Of a stretch of DNA of 64,000 nucleotides, positions 47,984-58,000 are shown piece by piece. The notes below the pieces were generated by a model. That model searched no databases and was not told the origin of the DNA. It saw nothing but the letters and a program-made list of their open reading frames with translations. The DNA comes from Candidatus Latescibacterota bacterium (GTDB taxonomy: Bacteria; Latescibacterota; UBA2968), in the NCBI GenBank assembly GCA_965208125.1, contig OZ242320.1:5632001-5696000 (forward strand). Reading direction: 5' to 3'. The position numbers and the translations under genes were made by a program. How positions within the stretch are numbered: position 1 is the first letter of the stretch; every line of letters begins with the position of its first letter.

Positions 47984-49648
47984 ATGAAATGCTTAAAAAA
48001 GAATACTCTTCTTCGCACCTTTACAACTGCGTTGAGCGCGTGCTTTTTTGTGTTGATATTCTTCACCTCTGTCAGCTATGCATCGCCCGAATATATAGTG
48101 CGGATAATCTACTTTGTTCCAAGCGACCGCACGCCCCAGAAAGACATAGACACACAACTGGATAAGCTGATAAAAGAAGCACAGCAGTTTTGTGCAGATC
48201 TGATGGAAAGCCACGGATTTGATAGAAAAACATTTAGACTTGAAACCGACGCGACCGGAAAGGTTGTGGTGCATCACGTGAACGGAAAATTCAACGATGC
48301 ATATTATCAGAGTCCATCCACTTCAGTAGCCTGGAGGGAAATCAATGAACAGTTTGATATGTCGAAAAATATCTATCTCACCGCGATAGATATCAGTAGC
48401 GAAGTCCTTAGTGGTAAAGCGTGTGGTCGAGGGAGTGGAGGAAGCCATAATGGACGGGTACTCATGCCCGCCTCAGGTCGTTGTTTTCACCTCGGTCTTA
48501 TGAACCATGAACTCGGACATGCCTTTGGCTTGAAACACGATTTTCGCCCCCGCACTACCCCACCCTCATTTACTTTCACCGACAACGAACCAATGCTCAC
48601 CTCTTTCTGTGCTGCTGAATGGTGGGATGCCCATCGCTACTTCAACCCAACCCAAATCGCCTTCGATGAACCCACAATGGTTGAGATGTTCTCCCCAAGT
48701 CCCGCCTCTTCACCGTATGCTATCCGCCTTCAATTTGAGATATCTGACCTTGATGGACTCCATCAGGCACAGTTGGTGAATGCCTCAGGATTATTAATCG
48801 ATTATAAGCGATTAAACGGCAAAAGCAACACCGTTGAATTTGTAGTAACCACCTACATAGCATCCCTCATTAAGAGTTTCGTAACCCTTAGAGTTATGGA
48901 TGTACATGGCAACATCAGAAACCAGAGGTTTCCAATTGATATTACCTCCCTGCTACCTCCGTCTGAAGTTGTGTCTATACCAGACCTAAATTTAGCAGCG
49001 GCGGTCCGGGAAACCCTCGGATTAACACCCGGGGGTACTATTACACAACTGGATATGCTGAGATTCGGAATAGTAAATGATAAAAGGAGTTTTAATGCTT
49101 CCGGTCGCCAGATAACTGACCTTACTGGACTTAAATATACAATGAATACACTGAGGACTTTAGTGATTAGGCACAATCAAATTAGCGATGTAAGTCCACT
49201 CGAGGAGCTAGTAAATCTTGAAAATTTAAATCTCGTTTCCAATCAGATTACCGATGTAAGTCCACTCGCAAAGTTGACGAATTTACGCATATTAGACCTT
49301 AAAAACAATCAGATTACCGATGTAAGTCCGCTCGCAGGGTTGGTAAATCTACAATTTTTATGGCTTAGGGGGAATCCAATTGCGGATATGTCCCCTCTTC
49401 ACAAACTCCTGCGTCAGAATTCTAATTTGAAAATAGATATTGATATCGGTGATGTGCCGCCTACGCCCGACTTTGATGGCGATGGTATTGTTGGTGTTCC
49501 CGACTTTTTGCTATTTGTGGAACAGTTCGGGTTAAGTCGTGGCGATGTGGGATATAACACGCGGTACGATCTGGATGGCGATGGGACAATTGGTGTTAGC
49601 GATTTTCTGATCTTTATGGATGCCTTTGGCAAAGAAGGGACTGGGTGA
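47984..49648 (+). CDS. Secreted metzincin-type zinc protease + internalin-like LRRs + dockerin-like module
   Basis: HELGHAFGLKH; NQI(S/T)DVSPL..L.NL..L.L repeats; PDFDGDGIVGVPDFL. Confidence 0.88.
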   Translation: MKCLKKNTLLRTFTTALSACFFVLIFFTSVSYASPEYIVRIIYFVPSDRTPQKDIDTQLDKLIKEAQQFCADLMESHGFDRKTFRLETDATGKVVVHHVNGKFNDAYYQSPSTSVAWREINEQFDMSKNIYLTAIDISSEVLSGKACGRGSGGSHNGRVLMPASGRCFHLGLMNHELGHAFGLKHDFRPRTTPPSFTFTDNEPMLTSFCAAEWWDAHRYFNPTQIAFDEPTMVEMFSPSPASSPYAIRLQFEISDLDGLHQAQLVNASGLLIDYKRLNGKSNTVEFVVTTYIASLIKSFVTLRVMDVHGNIRNQRFPIDITSLLPPSEVVSIPDLNLAAAVRETLGLTPGGTITQLDMLRFGIVNDKRSFNASGRQITDLTGLKYTMNTLRTLVIRHNQISDVSPLEELVNLENLNLVSNQITDVSPLAKLTNLRILDLKNNQITDVSPLAGLVNLQFLWLRGNPIADMSPLHKLLRQNSNLKIDIDIGDVPPTPDFDGDGIVGVPDFLLFVEQFGLSRGDVGYNTRYDLDGDGTIGVSDFLIFMDAFGKEGTG

Positions 49649-49806
49649 GTGCGTTCGGTTCTAATCCAACGTATAAGGAGGATGCCTGAGCGGGTACATG
49701 CGGTCACCAACAAGGGGGTTGATCTCTGCATTTTTGTATGGTATTTCTACTTTGTATCACATAATTTGAGTTATATAACACAAGTTGATAATTTTTTGAG
49801 AATTGG

Positions 49807-51258
49807 TTGATGCGCTCATTTTTATTTTTTCTTCCTTTGTGTGTCTTTGTCTTCTGTCAGTTGGGCATCCCCAAGAACGCGCATACCTCAACTTCGGTGG
49901 CTAAGCCTGACAGTCTTTACAAGCACGATCCCTACGATATATCGCAAGCCAGAGTTACCGACAGTACGGATGTCTATGTTACAAAAACTTCAAAAGTGAA
50001 ATATCTCTTGCGATCCCCCCGGTATATCTTGCTGACGATGGTCTATCCTTTGGAGAAAATCGCCCTTCAAGTAGAGTACGCAAAACTGTGGATTCGTTAC
50101 TATAAATTTTTCACCAATAAAGCGGGTACATTTGGTCTTTTCCCGCACGGGCAATTGGGAGGGGAAACGGGCACAGGGGTTGGGGTGCGTCTTTTCCATA
50201 CCAATATCCAGGGGCGCAAAAACGCATTGACTGCACACTATATCTATTCGGGCGAGCAGGGGCAATTTTGCGAAGGTCTGTATATTGACCCCAATCTATT
50301 GGGTGCAGGGCTCATTTGGAAAATTCAGGGGGGATATTTGCAAACAAAAAATAGAAATGCCAATATAAACGGCGCAATAGATGACGACGAGTCGAGGCTT
50401 TTTGAATTCAAAAAAGTTGATGTTGAGACCTCTGTTGAATGGCGTTTGAAAACGGATGAGGTCGCGTCTATAGTGCCGCAGTTTAAAATGGTGGGCAGGA
50501 TTGGGTTTTCACAGCGCGATTTTATGCCTGTATTGGGTGAATTGCAACCGCTTTCCGACCCGGGATCATCACCACAGGCGCGTCTGGTTAAGGGGTTGGG
50601 CACAAAATTCAAATTTTATCGCATTGGACTTCAGGTGACGTATGATGACCGCGATTATAAAAAACCAGTTCGCCAGCTTTCTCATCCACCCAATTATCGT
50701 TTTCCAGGCAGGATGGTTACACAACTTGGAGATCAGTTTTATTTCGCGCGAGATATTGGCTTTCCCGAACGCGGTGGATTTATCACTTTAGAAGGCGACT
50801 GGGTGACAGGCCCTGATCGCATTGCGTTCTACAAGATACGCGCCGAAGCTGCCCGTTATATCACGCTGTTTTGGAAGAACCGCATTCTGGTTCTGCACGC
50901 ACGGGTGGATAAAGTGCGGTCAGTGGGGGATGGATTTGTTCCTTATACCGAGTTGATTCAATTGGGCGGCAATGAATCGGCACGCGGATACACGCGCGGT
51001 TATTTTCGCGGACAGGGTGCATTGCAATTTAATGTGGAGTATCGATATCCAATATGGGATTATTCGAATATGTTTTTGTTTTGGGATGAAGGACAAATTT
51101 TCGACCATTTTGGCGATTTGAGGTGGGGAGGGTTCCATTCTTCATGGGGTGGAGGCATTGCATTTCGCACGGAGGCCGATTTGCTCGGCAAAATTAAAAT
51201 TGGGCATAGTACTGCCAATCGTTTCCTCATCGGATTTACAATGAATCAGGCATTTTAG
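49807..51258 (+). CDS. Omp85/BamA-TamA family outer membrane barrel
   Basis: Signal peptide; YDDRD..PERG, LGGNESARGYTRGYFRG, NVEYRYPIW, WGGGIAF, C-terminal QAF. Confidence 0.8.
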   Translation: MMRSFLFFLPLCVFVFCQLGIPKNAHTSTSVAKPDSLYKHDPYDISQARVTDSTDVYVTKTSKVKYLLRSPRYILLTMVYPLEKIALQVEYAKLWIRYYKFFTNKAGTFGLFPHGQLGGETGTGVGVRLFHTNIQGRKNALTAHYIYSGEQGQFCEGLYIDPNLLGAGLIWKIQGGYLQTKNRNANINGAIDDDESRLFEFKKVDVETSVEWRLKTDEVASIVPQFKMVGRIGFSQRDFMPVLGELQPLSDPGSSPQARLVKGLGTKFKFYRIGLQVTYDDRDYKKPVRQLSHPPNYRFPGRMVTQLGDQFYFARDIGFPERGGFITLEGDWVTGPDRIAFYKIRAEAARYITLFWKNRILVLHARVDKVRSVGDGFVPYTELIQLGGNESARGYTRGYFRGQGALQFNVEYRYPIWDYSNMFLFWDEGQIFDHFGDLRWGGFHSSWGGGIAFRTEADLLGKIKIGHSTANRFLIGFTMNQAF

Positions 51259-51281
51259 AAGACGCGGGGAAGACAGTCTTT

Positions 51282-52961
51282 ATGAAAAAGGATTTAAGTA
51301 AATTGTGGGTATGGATGCTTATGGCCTGTGTTGCTGCCGAGGCTGAAGCGATCGACCGTCATTTGTCAACTGCGCCAATCAAGTGGTTTGATCCCGATAA
51401 TCGCAGTATTGCGCAACCCAAAGTAATTAAAAGGAATCTGATATGGGACATGGTCGATCACTCTTTTGTTTATCCAATGACTAAGAAACTGGATTTGGGA
51501 AGGAGTGCGCGGCGGGTCGGGAATATTCTGAATATTGCGCCATCTCGTCAGGCAGATAATGTCAATGTGTTGGATGAAGTACCCAATTCATCTTGGTACA
51601 CGAATCGGCATTTTCTTGTGCGGATGGATGCGGCAGCGTTGGCTGAAGGGCCTGGACACGCGTATCCTGATACGAGCGGTTCTTGGGAGATTATATCGGG
51701 AAAATTAGAGGGCCAGGCACCTGAGCTTACAATTCGGGACGCAAAAGAGGATGTTTATTTTTTGAAGTTTGACGCAAAAGGTTATGAGGAGTTGGCGACA
51801 ACTGCCGAGGTTGTATCGACAAAAATTCTGTATGCTGCGGGCTATCATGTGCCGCAAAATTCCGTTGTTTTTTTTCGCGCCGAATGGCTTACCATCGGTC
51901 CTGATGCAAAGGTATCTGATGATGAGGGAAGGCGCAGGGACCTGACGGATACATACTTGCAAAATGTACTGTCTTCTATTGAGAAGCAAGCCAACGGGTA
52001 TATCCGGTGCCTGGCAAGCAAGAGATTAACGGGTATTCCTCTCGGTGTTTTTGATTTTCACAGTCGGCGGAAAGACGATCCCAATGATCGCGTGAAACAC
52101 CAGCATCGAAGGGAGTTACGGGGGTTGCGAGCGATCTCTTCGTGGATCAATGATGTAGATCGACGTGCAGCCAACACCCTGAATATGTTTGTGACTGATG
52201 AACAGGGACGTCACTATATCAAACACTATTTGATCGATATGGACGCGACTTTGGGTAGTAATTCAGTGCGGCCTCACACGCCCAGGTCAGGAAATGAGTA
52301 TTTTGTCGATTTTCGCTATATTGTCCCATCAGTTTTGGGGCTGGGGCTGTATCGAAAGGCGTGGGAAGATGCAAAGCCCATACATTTTCCATCAATTGGT
52401 TATTTGGAGAGCGATGTATTTTCGCCCAGGCGGTGGGTTACCAATTATCCCAATCCGGCTTTTCAGCGGTGTACAAATCGCGATGGGTACTGGGGAGCAA
52501 AAATCGCAATGGCGTTTAGCGATGCGGATTTGGCAGCTATTGTGAAGACGGGGCATTTGAGCGACAAGAAGGCTGAAGAGAGACTCATTCAACTTTTGAT
52601 TGCACGCCGCGATAAGGTGGGCGATTACTGGTTTCGACGCATAAATCCGCTAGATCGCTTTTGGATTGACAGACGAGGATTGCATTTTGAGGATCTGGCG
52701 ATTGTGGGAAATCTGGCTACTGAAGCAAAGACCCGGTATTTTTATCAATTTTTGAGTCGCGATGGAAAGGCGCAGGGTGCTGTGCGTCAACTCGATACGT
52801 CAGGGCACATACCCATACCACGCGATTTGCCGGATGGACAATATTACGGGATAGAGATTCGGACCGTGAGGTCTGGATGGGCAGATAAATACGTTCGGGT
52901 TTATTTTTTTGTTTGGAATGTCGGGCTATATCAGATTGTACGGGTTGATCGGCAGGAGTAG
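51282..52961 (+). CDS. Secreted hypothetical protein with a predicted atypical kinase fold
   Basis: Signal peptide AEA; GKLEGQAP loop, YFLKFD (Lys), TTAE (Glu), NDVDRRAAN, YLIDMD. Confidence 0.65.
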   Translation: MKKDLSKLWVWMLMACVAAEAEAIDRHLSTAPIKWFDPDNRSIAQPKVIKRNLIWDMVDHSFVYPMTKKLDLGRSARRVGNILNIAPSRQADNVNVLDEVPNSSWYTNRHFLVRMDAAALAEGPGHAYPDTSGSWEIISGKLEGQAPELTIRDAKEDVYFLKFDAKGYEELATTAEVVSTKILYAAGYHVPQNSVVFFRAEWLTIGPDAKVSDDEGRRRDLTDTYLQNVLSSIEKQANGYIRCLASKRLTGIPLGVFDFHSRRKDDPNDRVKHQHRRELRGLRAISSWINDVDRRAANTLNMFVTDEQGRHYIKHYLIDMDATLGSNSVRPHTPRSGNEYFVDFRYIVPSVLGLGLYRKAWEDAKPIHFPSIGYLESDVFSPRRWVTNYPNPAFQRCTNRDGYWGAKIAMAFSDADLAAIVKTGHLSDKKAEERLIQLLIARRDKVGDYWFRRINPLDRFWIDRRGLHFEDLAIVGNLATEAKTRYFYQFLSRDGKAQGAVRQLDTSGHIPIPRDLPDGQYYGIEIRTVRSGWADKYVRVYFFVWNVGLYQIVRVDRQE

Positions 52962-52989
52962 TTTCAATTCTTTCAAAGCCGAGAATCAG

Positions 52990-55230
52990 ATGAGAAACAA
53001 AAAGTTATACGCAACAAAATGCGGGATAGTTCAAAGTCTATTTGTTTTTTTTCTGTGTTTCGGTTTTGTCCTGTTCAGCACGCTTCCTTCTTTTGCAAAA
53101 CAGAAGCCCCGAGTCGCACTGGTGCTCAGTGGAGGAGGCGCGCGTGGAGGGGCACATATCGGCGTGCTGCGCGTACTCGAGCGCGAAGGTATTCCCATTG
53201 ATTTGATCGTGGGCGTGAGTTATGGGGCACTGGTGGGAGGACTGTACGCTGCCGGATACACTGTTGATAATGTCGAACGCATTATTGTAGGAACAGATTG
53301 GTGGGAAATAACCAACAATCACCCCAACCGCCGTCTGTCGAATTTGAATCGCAAACCAATAGCTGATCGCCAGATGCTTGCATTGCGCCTCGATAAATTC
53401 GATCTAAAATTGCCTTATGGAGTTTTTGCCGGGCAAAAAATTCAGCATTTTCTCAATCAATTGACCCTTGGCGCAATTTATCGGGCGCGAAACGATTTTG
53501 ATCGGCTGCCAACGCCTTTTCGTGCAATTGCAACAGATATTTTATCTGGCGAACAGGTCGTGATAAAAAATGGCTCACTCGGCACGGCAATCAGAGCGAG
53601 TATTTCTGTTCCCGGGGTGTTTGCCCCGATAAGTACAGAACAAACCCATCTCGTAGATGGCGGTATTGTCAATAACTTGCCTGTAGATGTCGCATTAGAC
53701 GCCGGGGCTGATTTGGTTATTGCCGTGGATTGTGCCACACCTTTGCGCACTCAAAAGCACGAAGTTGAAGATATTATCGACGTCATCGATCAGGCTGTTA
53801 GTTTTCGAATTGAAGAAAAAAAAATTGCAAATCGAAAACGCGCCCATGTGCTGATCATGCCCGATTTAAAAAAATTTGATGGAGGCAATTTTAATCTGTC
53901 GTACACCTTGATTCCAATTGGCGAAAAAGAAGCCGAAAAACATCTGGATGCGATCTGGAAGGCTCTGCAAAAGCTCGGCATTTCAAAACGCGTTGAAAAG
54001 TCGAGACCGTCGATATTGCCAGATAATTTTGATTTCAGAACCTGGGTGGATATACCATCGGATATTGTGATTGATCGGGTGCGGATTGAGGGTTTAGAGC
54101 GCTATTCACAAGAGAAATTTACATCGCGGTTAGAAAAGTTCATCAACAAGCCGATATCGTTTCGGAAACTGGAAAACGAATCTGGCCGGTTCTATGCGAC
54201 CGGATTATTTCAAACAGTAGATTACGAGGTTATCTACCATGAAGACTATACCGAATTGGTTTTTCAGGTGCTTGAAAACCCCCCCAGTGAGTTGAAAATA
54301 GGACTTCATTACGACAATGATTTTGGGGTTGCAGCACTGACCGAGTTTGCACATCAAAATGCTTATGGCCCCGTAGCAGAGTTTTATTTTCGCGGCCTGT
54401 TGGGCAATTTGAAGCTCGCTGAAATGGATTTAATTTTTCGCTCATCCAGGCGCCTGGGTTTCTTCGGGAAGATTCGAGGGTGGAATCAAGACCGGTTGTA
54501 TTTTCAAAATGGGCAACGCCAGGACACATATAACGAGAAGCGTTTTCGCGCGCGATTGGGCATGCAGGTTTTGTTCCACAGTTGGGGAGGTTTTAAAGTG
54601 GGGTATCAAGTTGAGCATGTCCGCATTCGCGATGCGGACAGTTCAATAGGCAATGCGTCTAAAGATCTGCCCGCCTTGTGGTTATCTACAGGTATTGACA
54701 CCCGAGACGATGCGTTTTTGACAAGACATGGCATCTATTTTCAAACGCAAGCAAAATGGGTTCATCGAACATTTTCACATAAGCAGGTGCAAACACAACT
54801 CGCGTACTTCACCAGCCCCCATCCGCAATTGAGTGTGGGCCTCTGGTCTCACGGAGGCTATATGACACAGCCTGCACCGATTTATGAACACTTCGCATTA
54901 GGTGGTGGAGGACACTTTAGTAACGCAGCATTGCGCGTTGTCGGTCTCAAACGCGACAAACTGAGAGCTTTTAGGTTCGTCTCGGCGGGCATTTCTATTT
55001 GGAGCCACATGAAATTTTGGGGATCCATACCGCTCAGTGCTGTTGGAATTTTCTATCAGGGCGGTCTGTACAATAAGTCTTCCAATCCGGATCAGCCCAA
55101 TACCCGTATCCACGGTTTTGGTATTGGTGGTTATATCAGCACGACGTTTTTAGGCCCCATTCGCATTGATATTGTGAGCACAGAAGAAAAGGATATCCGG
55201 ATTTATACCGCAGTCGGATTTGCGTTTTGA
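52990..55230 (+). CDS. Patatin-like phospholipase + POTRA + Omp85 barrel (PlpD / type Vd-like)
   Basis: LSGGGARGGAHIG, GVSYG, VDGG; I..V.IEG..YATGLF POTRA; DTRDD, GPIRID, VGFAF. Confidence 0.9.
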   Translation: MRNKKLYATKCGIVQSLFVFFLCFGFVLFSTLPSFAKQKPRVALVLSGGGARGGAHIGVLRVLEREGIPIDLIVGVSYGALVGGLYAAGYTVDNVERIIVGTDWWEITNNHPNRRLSNLNRKPIADRQMLALRLDKFDLKLPYGVFAGQKIQHFLNQLTLGAIYRARNDFDRLPTPFRAIATDILSGEQVVIKNGSLGTAIRASISVPGVFAPISTEQTHLVDGGIVNNLPVDVALDAGADLVIAVDCATPLRTQKHEVEDIIDVIDQAVSFRIEEKKIANRKRAHVLIMPDLKKFDGGNFNLSYTLIPIGEKEAEKHLDAIWKALQKLGISKRVEKSRPSILPDNFDFRTWVDIPSDIVIDRVRIEGLERYSQEKFTSRLEKFINKPISFRKLENESGRFYATGLFQTVDYEVIYHEDYTELVFQVLENPPSELKIGLHYDNDFGVAALTEFAHQNAYGPVAEFYFRGLLGNLKLAEMDLIFRSSRRLGFFGKIRGWNQDRLYFQNGQRQDTYNEKRFRARLGMQVLFHSWGGFKVGYQVEHVRIRDADSSIGNASKDLPALWLSTGIDTRDDAFLTRHGIYFQTQAKWVHRTFSHKQVQTQLAYFTSPHPQLSVGLWSHGGYMTQPAPIYEHFALGGGGHFSNAALRVVGLKRDKLRAFRFVSAGISIWSHMKFWGSIPLSAVGIFYQGGLYNKSSNPDQPNTRIHGFGIGGYISTTFLGPIRIDIVSTEEKDIRIYTAVGFAF

Positions 55231-55279
55231 TGCATATTCATCTGTCTTATCCAAATCACCTTGAAACGAAAGGAAAAGC

Positions 55280-57997
55280 ATGATATTTTCCAGATGGAAC
55301 GCTATTTTATTCTTCCTGGTGCTCGCTTTTTCCGTTCCGATAGAATCCACATCTGAAGAGGATTCCCCTGCTCCAGGATATAGGATTCACCGATCTATTC
55401 CTCCACCGGGTGCTAAGACCCACATGGTGGTTCCAGGAGAAAGATTCCGAGCCAGCGGGTTTAAACGCTGGTTCTACGGCAACAATAACCGGGACCTCTG
55501 GACCACTCCTATCGAGGTTGCAGTCCTCGACCTCAACAGCGTAGGAGGTGGTTTGACGCCGCTTCGCACTGGCGGATTCGGGCAGTCCATCTCGCTTCAC
55601 TTTACAGGGGAAGACGGCCGCCGCTATACAGTTCGTTCCCTGGATAAAGATCCCACCAAAAGAATATGGGACGAACTCAAGGATACCATTGTCGATGACG
55701 TCCTTCAGGACTTGATCAGCGCGCTTTTACCAACAGGGGCACTCGTAGCTGACCCGCTGATGGAAGCCACTGGTATTCTCCATTCCAAACACACGCTCGT
55801 AGTTATTCCGGATGATCCGAGACTGGGGGAATACCGCGAAGAGTTTGCCGGCCTTATCGGAACGCTACAAGAACACCCGTCTGAAGGACCGGACGATACG
55901 CCCGGCTTTGCGGGTTCCCGGAGGATCAGCGGAACAGAGAGACTGTGGGAACACCTTGAAGAAAGTCCTTGCAACCGCGTCGATGCCCGTGCCTATCTAA
56001 AGGCGAAACTAATGGATCTTTTCATCGGCGATAAGGACCGCCATTACGGCCAGTGGAGATGGGCGCAATTCCCCGATGGCGATTGTTATACATGGCTTCC
56101 AATACCCGAGGACCGCGACCAGGCTTTTATCGGCTTCGAGGGATTTGCTATGGCAATGGCGCGCAAAAGGCTCCCCAGGCAAATCACGTTTGGAGACAAG
56201 TATCCAAGCCTGGTGGGCCTATCGACTACTGGTTGGGAGATGGACCGCGAGTTTCTGGTCGAACTCAATAAGACCGCGTGGGATTCAGTAGTAACAGCGT
56301 TTCGCAGAGACTTACCGGATTCGGTCATTGAGGATGCCGTGCGGAGGCTCCCACCACCGTATTACAAAATGATTGGGGAAGCTCTTACACAAGCCCTCAA
56401 ATCAAGGCGGGACGCATTGCCCGATTTTGCCAGTAGATACTATGAATTGATTACCCGCCAGGTCGAAATCCAGGCGACCGATAAGGATGAGTACGCCCAT
56501 TGTGAACACCTGACGAATGGTGACCTCGCAGTTCGTATCGGTCTGATAGAAGGTCCCGGAGGAGAAAGAAAAACACCCTATTTCCAAAGGACATTCCACC
56601 CTCAGGAAACCCGAGAAGTCCGAATATACCTCCGGGGCGGAGATGACCGCGCGGAAATATCGGGGACAAAGGGACAGATTGTCGTTCGCATTGATGGCGG
56701 AGGTGGGGATGACACACTTACAAACGCATCCCAATCTGGCGCCTCAAAAACCCGGTTTTATGATTATCGCGGAAAAAATCAGTTCGCCAAAGGCGAGGGG
56801 GCGAAAATCGACGAGCGACCCTACAAGCGTCCTCCCGCACGGCTTCTCCGTGCAAGGTATGCACTGGACTGGGGTGGACAGGCTATTACCGCTCCGATTA
56901 TCAGGGTAAACCCGGATATGGATGTATTCTTGGGGGCGACCTACCATCGGCAGCATTTCGGGTATCGAAAAGATCCTTTCTCTTCGCAACATTTTTTCAA
57001 GATCGGGCTGGCGAAAGACAATGATCTCAAGGGAATCAAGCCCTTTGCCTCCTATACCGGCAATTTTCGCGAATTCATGCGCGACTTCGACGCGAGAATC
57101 TACTTAAAATACTCCGGATTCCAGACAATCCGGTTTAACGGATTTGGTAACAAAACGGAAATTCCTGAGCCGTCTTCCTTCTATAAGGTGGAACAAAGAC
57201 ATTTCGTTTTCGCACCTGCCCTCGAATTTCGAGCGGGAGATCATAAAGAAGATATGCCTCATGTTGGTATGGGATCGCTCCGCTCGAAATTAACCATTGA
57301 CTTTGGACCGATTATCAAGTATTCAAACACCCCCCTCAGTTCCAATCGGGAAAAATATATCGGTTCGCTCGATCAACCACTTTACGGTACGGATTCCTTC
57401 GGCCAGGTAGGCGCACTGGGTGAAGTCGTGTACGACACGCGCAACAGTTTAGGGTATCCCACTCAGGGGGTCAGGGTCAGGGTTGCCGGAGACATCTATC
57501 CGGGCGTCTGGGATGTAGAATCGACCTTTGGCAGCATAAATGGGGAAGCCAGTACTTACCTGACTGCCCCTATACCGACTACCCCGACCCTTGCCTTAAG
57601 AGCAGGTGGCAAGAAGGTATGGGGAACCTTTCCCTTTCACGAAAGTGCCTTTCTGGGCGGGTCCGGTTTTGTCGGTAGTGGCATATCCAGTGGCAATTTG
57701 CGTGGTTTCCGGAAAAACAGGTTCGCTGGAGAAACTGCGCTGTATGGAAATTCCGAACTGCGACTGGTTCTGACCAAAATCAAGCTTCTGGTATCGGGAG
57801 AATTCGGATTGTTCGGTACGGGTGATGCCGGACGGGTAATTTATGACGGAGATCCGGGCAATGCTGATAAATGGCACACCAGTATCGGAGGTGGATTCTG
57901 GCTGTCTTTTCTCAAGCGCCAGCAGACCTTTAGCGCGGCAGTCGTAAAAGGCGATGACCTGACGGGCGTATATCTGCGCGCTGGTTTTATGTTTTAG
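55280..57997 (+). CDS. Kinase-like N-terminal domain fused to an Omp85-type barrel
   Basis: GGFGQS, YTVRS, GDKDRHYGQW, PEDRDQAF; barrel motifs YDTRN..PTQG, NLRGFRKNRFAG, ELR, C-terminal GFMF. Confidence 0.75.
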   Translation: MIFSRWNAILFFLVLAFSVPIESTSEEDSPAPGYRIHRSIPPPGAKTHMVVPGERFRASGFKRWFYGNNNRDLWTTPIEVAVLDLNSVGGGLTPLRTGGFGQSISLHFTGEDGRRYTVRSLDKDPTKRIWDELKDTIVDDVLQDLISALLPTGALVADPLMEATGILHSKHTLVVIPDDPRLGEYREEFAGLIGTLQEHPSEGPDDTPGFAGSRRISGTERLWEHLEESPCNRVDARAYLKAKLMDLFIGDKDRHYGQWRWAQFPDGDCYTWLPIPEDRDQAFIGFEGFAMAMARKRLPRQITFGDKYPSLVGLSTTGWEMDREFLVELNKTAWDSVVTAFRRDLPDSVIEDAVRRLPPPYYKMIGEALTQALKSRRDALPDFASRYYELITRQVEIQATDKDEYAHCEHLTNGDLAVRIGLIEGPGGERKTPYFQRTFHPQETREVRIYLRGGDDRAEISGTKGQIVVRIDGGGGDDTLTNASQSGASKTRFYDYRGKNQFAKGEGAKIDERPYKRPPARLLRARYALDWGGQAITAPIIRVNPDMDVFLGATYHRQHFGYRKDPFSSQHFFKIGLAKDNDLKGIKPFASYTGNFREFMRDFDARIYLKYSGFQTIRFNGFGNKTEIPEPSSFYKVEQRHFVFAPALEFRAGDHKEDMPHVGMGSLRSKLTIDFGPIIKYSNTPLSSNREKYIGSLDQPLYGTDSFGQVGALGEVVYDTRNSLGYPTQGVRVRVAGDIYPGVWDVESTFGSINGEASTYLTAPIPTTPTLALRAGGKKVWGTFPFHESAFLGGSGFVGSGISSGNLRGFRKNRFAGETALYGNSELRLVLTKIKLLVSGEFGLFGTGDAGRVIYDGDPGNADKWHTSIGGGFWLSFLKRQQTFSAAVVKGDDLTGVYLRAGFMF

Positions 57998-58000
57998 CTC

